DNA of 63,712 nucleotides, filler included, from Reclinomonas americana ATCC 50394 (Eukaryota), in assembly GCA_048213135.1 (NCBI GenBank). It is 31 parts of 31 records of this genome, joined end to end, with 100 filler letters (N's around TTAATTAATTAA, not from the genome) between each part and the next. Parts side by side here need not be neighbours in the genome. Positions count along the whole stretch, not along the records: positions 57,692 to 61,479 come from AFZH01024635.1; positions 61,580 to 62,607 come from AFZH01024644.1; positions 62,708 to 63,712 come from AFZH01024645.1; 28 more parts are not named here. One strand, given 5' to 3'. Shown piece after piece: positions 57,692 through 63,712 of the stretch; the first letter of the stretch is position 1; every line of letters begins with the position of its first letter. A program made the position numbers and the translations under genes. The notes beneath the pieces were generated by a model. That model saw only the letters and a program-made list of their open reading frames with translations. It did no database searches and had not been told where the DNA came from.

Positions 57692-60600
57692 CACCAACGC
57701 CAACCGCGGCGCCCATGATGGGAGGTTTCTCGCGCCGACGTTTACGACGGCGCCCAGGCCCCTTGCGCCGTCGCAACGGCGCAGCTGCAGAACCCACCCA
57801 CTTGCGTAGTCTCTCCAGCACAGAGAGTAATGTGCGTCGAGCTTTACGCGATTCTGCGTGCACAATCAACGAAGTCACCACCAACGTTCTTTGCATGAGT
57901 TGTCCCGAAACCACGCTCACCGTGCATTCTCTGGTGTCTCCGCGCGGCATAATAGTGCTGCCTCCATGTCAGCTGTTCACCAACGCGGGGGGCATCTGGA
58001 TGCGATGCGGCATGGGCATAGCCACTCGCGAAGGCGACACCGTCACAAGAGCCTCGTGCACCACGCCGATCACTTTCAGCACGTGGAACACGGACATAGC
58101 GCATCGCGCAGTCGATGATGTCACCGGCGATGTGCTTCATCGCTCGTACACCACCGTTCGTGTCTGTACGCACACGTACAAACAACATGAGTGCCGCGAG
58201 AGAGACATAGTGAGAGAGAGAGAGATTGATGTTGATTGTTCACCTTCGGAGAGCATGCGCAGTGCATCTGCCCCCATGATCATCGCCACGCCATGCGGCA
58301 TCTGCAACCTGTCGGCACGGCCCCACATCAGCAGCATTGAGCGTGGACACGCGAGGGCGTCTGACAACGAAGCAGATGAGTACAGAGAGAGAGAGAGAGA
58401 TCTTGGAGAGACCGAGGAGGGTGAGATGCCTCCGTGAACGCAACTGCTAACGAGCCGCGTAGTTGCAGTGTGTTGCACGAGGCGAATCATCGCCGTCTTG
58501 GACGCAGCAAAACTGGCAACTTTTGCGTCCATGGCCAGTTGTTGCGCCTTGTCGCGTTCCGCGAGCTCAGCACTGGCTCGCTCTACTGCCTGCAGCGACC
58601 GCGTCCACTCGGGCGCCGCTTTGCAGAGCAGAGCGTCAAGCACAGGTCTGGCCAAGAGAGCATCGTCGTCGACGCAGAGTCGGTGTGCGGCCGAATCATG
58701 GGCACCGACAGACGTTGCTGCGAAGAGCGATGCAATGCGATGCGTTGCACCGATACATGTCGTGGACCCGGAGGCCACCAGGAAGCCAGCGGGGAAGCAT
58801 TTCCTCAACTCCTCGGCGGCAAAGCGAACGAGGCGTGTGCGTGTCGCCGCTGTCGCATCGACCTCGGCTCGCATACGCTCATCACCGCCAGCTACGGATG
58901 CCGCTGCAGCTGACGAACTGGCGCCACCGTCCGCGTCACTCTCGCCATCCTCCGTCTCCATCGCGATCGCAATCGCGCCAGTGTGTGCAAGTTGGCAGAC
59001 GTCAACCAGGGAGCTGACGGCATCCATGATAATGCTGCGCCTCATGTTATCGTCACGATCGTGATCGATCAGCGGTGGGCGCTGCGGTTGTCCTGCCGCT
59101 GCGGCTGTCGATCGCGATGCCTTGTCTCGCAGGAGACAGGCCAAGTTGAGACGCGTATTGCACCAGTCTCGCACGAAATTGTCCAAGTGGAATAGATAGG
59201 TCGAGCACAGCAATCTGTTCCGCAGATCGTCACCCTCGGACTCGACCGCGGGCACTCCCATCGCCTCGTCGACGTCCTGATCCATGTCGATCGCGGTTTC
59301 GACATCGACCGCGATTTGCCGTGCACAGTCGACCGTTGCGAAGGGCACAAGCTGGGGAGTGTTCAGCAACGCCGCCGCTTCGTATCCACATACCCCAGAT
59401 GCTCCTAGAGCTTGCAGCGTCGTCATGTATCGCAGCACAGTCCAGTTCGCGGCCTCCGGGTGAGGAGGGCCATGTGGGAAGAGGTTGCTGATGATTGTTG
59501 GGGAGCACGCACAGAGGGGGCGGTCTCCGATCATCTCTGGATCCGATCCCGCGTACCACTTCTGTGCGCGTGGGCAGTAGTACTGTGGGCCTCCTGCAGC
59601 TGGCACTTGCTCCTCCTGCTGTTTGCGAAGCCCGTCCATTAACTGCGCCATGAGGCTTGTCTTGGCTGACGGAGTTGGTTGCCTGCGCGTGCTTTCTGTG
59701 CATCCACAGTGATCATGATGAGTTACAGAGAGACACACCATTAAGCAGCAGTGCACAGATACTGTAAGCAGCACACCTCGTCGAAGCTGGCACATGCACT
59801 GATCCAACGCGTGTCGAAGAATTGATGAGAGCAACTGCACAACGCTGCGCGTTTGCCTGGTGACTTCCTGTTGCAGTTGTGCTGCTGTCTCTGGATCCGG
59901 AGGGTCATCGCGCCGGAGCCAATCGCTCGTCGCCTGAAGCACGTCACAGAAGCTCTTCACGCTGTCAAGGCGGCGGGAGGCACTGTCCGCATAAGAAGCG
60001 GCGGCTGTACATATCACACACAAAGAACAAACAGAGTGACCATGAGCTGCATGAACAATATCAAACGAGAGACGATTGCCAGTCATATCACACACCTGAC
60101 GACGTCTCGAGTTCCACCCACATCAGCGAGGAAAGACTGTTGATGACACCAAGTTGAAGGGTCAGGAAGGCTCGTGAAAATTGTTCCCGCTGATGACGGC
60201 GTCGATGTATCTCTGGCGGTCGCAGTAGGGGGTCACGATCACCAGACATCGACGTAATCACTGTTGTCCAAACTCTTACAAAGTCGCCATCCAAGAATTC
60301 AAGCAGATCAAACGCAGTTGCGAGTGCTTGTTGCTGGCCAGGTACCGGTGCATCTAATAATGAGAGAGACAAAACAAAGAGTCAGACTCATGCTCAAGTG
60401 TGCAGTAAAAGAATGCACACATACAAAACACCATTAGCCACATTCCAACAAAGCGGCAAATGAGTAGAAGACACTGTTGACTAGTACTAACGATCGCAGC
60501 GATACACGTACTTGAAAGAGAGAGATAAACAGATAGACAGACAAAGAGACAGACAGGCAGGCTGCACATGCAGGTTGATCATGACAGAGGGAGAGAGTGA

Positions 60601-61479
60601 TTGTTGGTGACAGAGACATGTAAACAGTACGTAACAGATCTGCAGAGAGCACAGATTGACGACAGACAGACAGACAGGTGCAGATTGATATAGCTGGACA
60701 TGTCGTTTGAGAGAAAAGAGAGAGAGAGAGAATAGAGAGGCAAACTACGATAACATCAAAAGTCGACGTCTACCATGGTACCACGGTACTATAGCTACCA
60801 TGAATGCATGCACATGTACATGTGTGACCACTCACCGTGAGCACGCACTTCTCCATGCGCATGCAGAATACCTCGCAACACCTCGACTGCCTCCGCCAGT
60901 GACCGTGCGTGAGACGACAGAAAGTCGACGTCGTGCGCGTGTACGATGGTACCAGCTGCAGTAGCGTTCGGATCCACCTTCTGTGCTTGCCCGTCGATTC
61001 GCATCGCTCGTTGCACATCCCTGATGTGCGCCAACTCGTCCACAGCGACTGCCAGTTGCTGGGCGATATGCACGATACAGAACGATTGATCATCTGGCGC
61101 TGGCCGATTGCTGAGCCGCACTTCACCTTGGCGCCGGCCAGATATCAAACCGGCGGCACCCACTGCGTCGCTGACACCGTTGCATTCACACGGCACGAGC
61201 AGCGCAAGGTTGCGTAGATCCGAGACACTGATCTGCTCTTCACCCGCAACCGCCCTTGCAGCAGCAAATAGCTGGTGAAGCAACTCACAGCCTCGACGGA
61301 AAAGTGCACGCTCATACTGAGCAGCATCAACAACAAAGCCAGCACGGTGGTCCACGCCCACGTCGTGTGTACTCTCATCGATATCAGAGTGCGTGACTGG
61401 GTTGCAAAGATCCTCCAGCAGATCTGCAGGTGACAGCACATGCGAATAATTTGAGCATAGATCAGCAAACAATGACATG
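57692..61479 (-). CDS. Eukaryotic large hypothetical multi-exon protein (fragment)
   Basis: Long ORFs 60795-61478, 60088-60372 and 58137-60095 bounded by GT-AG sites; no family recognised. Confidence 0.5.
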
Positions 61480-61579
61480 NNNNNNNNNNNNNNNNNNNNN
61501 NNNNNNNNNNNNNNNNNNNNNNNTTAATTAATTAANNNNNNNNNNNNNNNNNNNNNNNNNNNNNNNNNNNNNNNNNNNN

Positions 61580-62342
61580 CCTGCTCTGGAATCTCCCGGA
61601 CGAGCAGCGCGGCGCGCTCGGCCTGCCGGATACCGCCGTGGTCGATGCGATCTACCGCGACAAACTGGGCCTGACCGATCGCGACCTCTCAGCCGAGATC
61701 CTGGGGCGGCGCGTCCGCATCGCCGGGACCACCACGGACATCCGGTCCTTCTCGACCGCGCCGCTGCTCTTCACCGAATATCGGGCCGCGCAGTCCTATG
61801 GCTGGATTTTCGGCGACCAGTTCTCCTATCTGCTGGTCAGGCTTGTGCCCGGCTCCGACCTGGAATCCACCAGAACCGGGCTCGTCGCGCTCGGCAATGG
61901 CGAGCTCGACGTGATGACGCCGGCCGAACTCGCCGACAAGACCACCGCCTACTGGATGCGAACGACCGGTGCCGGGCTCGGCCTGGCGACCGGGATCGCC
62001 GTCGCCCTGCTGATCGGCTCATCCATCGCCGGCCTGTCGCTGCATACGATGATCCAGCACTACGCCGAGGAATATGTCTGCCTGCGCGTGATCGGCGCGT
62101 CCTTCCCGTTCGTCGCGGCGATCCTAGTGGCTCAGGCCCTACTCTTCATGGCGTCTGCGTCCGGCATCGCCGTCATCCTCGCCAACGTCCTGTCGCGGCA
62201 GATACGGGCGGCCGGGGGCACGACCTTGCTGCCGGGCTGGGTGAGCCTCGCCACCTGCGCCGTGCTCGTCGCGATCGGCGTCGCCATGGCGCTGTTCTCC
62301 GCCCACCGGATCATCATCCGGGCGGAAGGGGCAGCGCGATGA
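61580..62342 (+). CDS. ABC exporter permease, FtsX/DevC-like (5' truncated)
   Basis: Periplasmic part, then YW..TTGAG, EYVCLRVIGAS, TM helices. Confidence 0.82.
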
Positions 62343-62607
62343 GCCTCGCCCTCGCCTGTCGCGGAATCAGCAAGCGCTATGCGGCCTCTGGTACCAGCCC
62401 GTTGACGGTCCTCCGGGATGTCGACCTGACGCTCCATTTCGGACGGTTGAGCGTTCTGATGGGGCCATCCGGCAGCGGTAAGACCACGCTGATGCGCATC
62501 GCCAGCTGCATCGCGGCTCCCGATGCCGGCGAGGTCACGGTGATGGGGCGGACGGTCGCCGCGCTCTCGCCCAAGGAGCGGGCGCGTCTCAGGGCCCGCC
62601 ATTTCGG
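62339..62607 (+). CDS. ABC transporter ATP-binding protein (3' truncated)
   Basis: Walker A GPSGSGKTT; ATGA overlap. Confidence 0.92.
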
Positions 62608-62707
62608 NNNNNNNNNNNNNNNNNNNNNNNNNNNNNNNNNNNNNNNNNNNNTTAATTAATTAANNNNNNNNNNNNNNNNNNNNNNNNNNNNNNNNNNNNN
62701 NNNNNNN

Positions 62708-62889
62708 GGATCGACTACCGGGTGGTCGAGGCCTGGATCACGCTGTCCGCCGACTGCCGGCTCCCGGTGGGAGCCCGCGTCGACGTGCTGGTCTGCCTGG
62801 ACGGGACGGATCGCGGCTGCAGCAGCCGAACCGATCCCGGCACGCCGCCGGATCATCCGCGTGATCGCGTCGTCGCGGCGGACAGATAG
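62708..62889 (+). CDS. HlyD-family membrane fusion protein, C-terminus
   Basis: IDYRVVEAWITL...LPVGARVDV; follows the ABC genes across the linker. Confidence 0.65.
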
Positions 62890-63011
62890 CCTGCAAGCAT
62901 GCCGGGCAGCGTAACGGGAATGTGAGAGCCCTTGCCGTGGCGGCGATGTTGGAAAGCCCCATGCGGTGATTAGCTCCCTAGACGGGCGACTTGATCACAC
63001 AGGAGATTGCC

Positions 63012-63236
63012 ATGCTTTCGCGCAAGATCGCCGCCGTTGCGGCCGCGCTTCTGCTTTCAGGAGCGGGCTCCGTGGCCTATGCCACCGAGCTCGGTGCCGA
63101 GAGCATCGTGCATGAGCAGACCCAGAACCAGCGCGCCCTCGCCGAGCAGGCGCAGTATCTCGCCTATCACGACCACTTCAAGGGCGTGGAAGGCCAGCCG
63201 GGCCGCGGCGCAGGCGTCCTGCCGCATCACAACTGA
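63012..63236 (+). CDS. Small secreted protein
   Basis: CAGGAG RBS; signal peptide ending AYA; ~50-aa mature part; own terminator. Confidence 0.75.
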   Translation: MLSRKIAAVAAALLLSGAGSVAYATELGAESIVHEQTQNQRALAEQAQYLAYHDHFKGVEGQPGRGAGVLPHHN

Positions 63237-63255
63237 GCGCTGGGACACGCTTCGG

Positions 63256-63284
63256 AAAAGGGGCCGCCGCAGCGGCCCCTTTTT
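63256..63284 (+). terminator. Rho-independent terminator (bidirectional type)
   Basis: AAAAGGGGCCGC-CGCA-GCGGCCCCTTTTT. Confidence 0.9.
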
Positions 63285-63397
63285 CATGGCGCCTATCGAA
63301 ACGCGCCTGAATCTGGAAAGACTGAGCGCGGCGCATGCAGGAAGCGGGAACTGAGCCGGAACTGGCGCCGTTCGATAGGAATGCCTGAGATGCGGCC

Positions 63398-63712
63398 ATG
63401 ATCATCCGCCAGCTCGTCTATCTCGACGCGCTCGCTCGCGAAAAGCACTTCCGCAGGGCGGCCGAGGCCTGTCATGTCTCGCAGCCGACGCTCTCAGCCG
63501 CGATCGTCCAGCTCGAGGAGGAGCTCGGCGTGCTGATCGTCGAGCGCGGGCGCCGCTTCCAGGGCCTGACCCGGGAGGGCGAGGTCGTGCTCGCCCATGC
63601 CAGGTGCATGCTGGCCGAGGCCGAGCAGATGAAAGGCGCCATCGCCGAATTGCGCGAAGGCGTCAGCGGCAAGATCAGGCTCGGCGCCGTGCCGACCGCG
63701 CTGCCGATGATC
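63398..63712 (+). CDS. LysR-family transcriptional regulator (3' truncated)
   Basis: Not in the ORF track. MIIRQLVYLDALAREKHFRRAAEACHVSQPTLSAAIVQLEEELG...IRLGAVPT. Confidence 0.94.
   Translation, partial: MIIRQLVYLDALAREKHFRRAAEACHVSQPTLSAAIVQLEEELGVLIVERGRRFQGLTREGEVVLAHARCMLAEAEQMKGAIAELREGVSGKIRLGAVPTALPMI

Noticed and set aside
1426..62707. Regularly recurring TTAATTAATTAA as a CRISPR-like or biological repeat
   Set aside because: Always centred in exactly 88 N; it is a synthetic six-frame stop linker.
1..63712. rRNA, tRNA, CRISPR array, transposase or integrase
   Set aside because: None recognised by eye; a covariance-model scan was not possible.

Overview
This window is not one locus. 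It is 31 short contigs (about 1-4 kb) joined by 30 identical artificial 100-bp linkers (44 N + TTAATTAATTAA + 44 N). At least three organisms contribute. (1) A high-GC actinobacterium, Microbacterium-like: lnt, helY, tatAC, a sulfatase, GH43 and GH2 glycosidases, ROK and PadR regulators, ABC transporters, GNATs, an LCP protein and ftsK. (2) An alphaproteobacterium-like organism at the right end: ABC exporter, HlyD, a small secreted protein and LysR. (3) An unidentified intron-rich microbial eukaryote, covering roughly two thirds of the window. Several linkers appear to be gaps within one scaffold (helY|tatC; one sugar-binding protein split in two). The most interesting content is eukaryotic. 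First, a family of giant surface proteins built from ~100-aa two-Cys Ig/IPT-like modules, each encoded by a phase-1/phase-1 exon and shuffled with cadherin, PAN, L-lectin and LamG domains. Second, an apparently tandem-arrayed family of 7-blade WD40 proteins with near-identical repeats, hypervariable top-face positions and a conserved SOCS-box-like tail. Other notable genes are a viral-fibre-like membrane protein broken by an 8-bp insertion, a giant FN3 protein with at least six frameshifts, a collagen-like protein, and a mitochondrion-targeted bacterial-type GlyRS. All calls come from reading the sequence by eye; no database searches were run.
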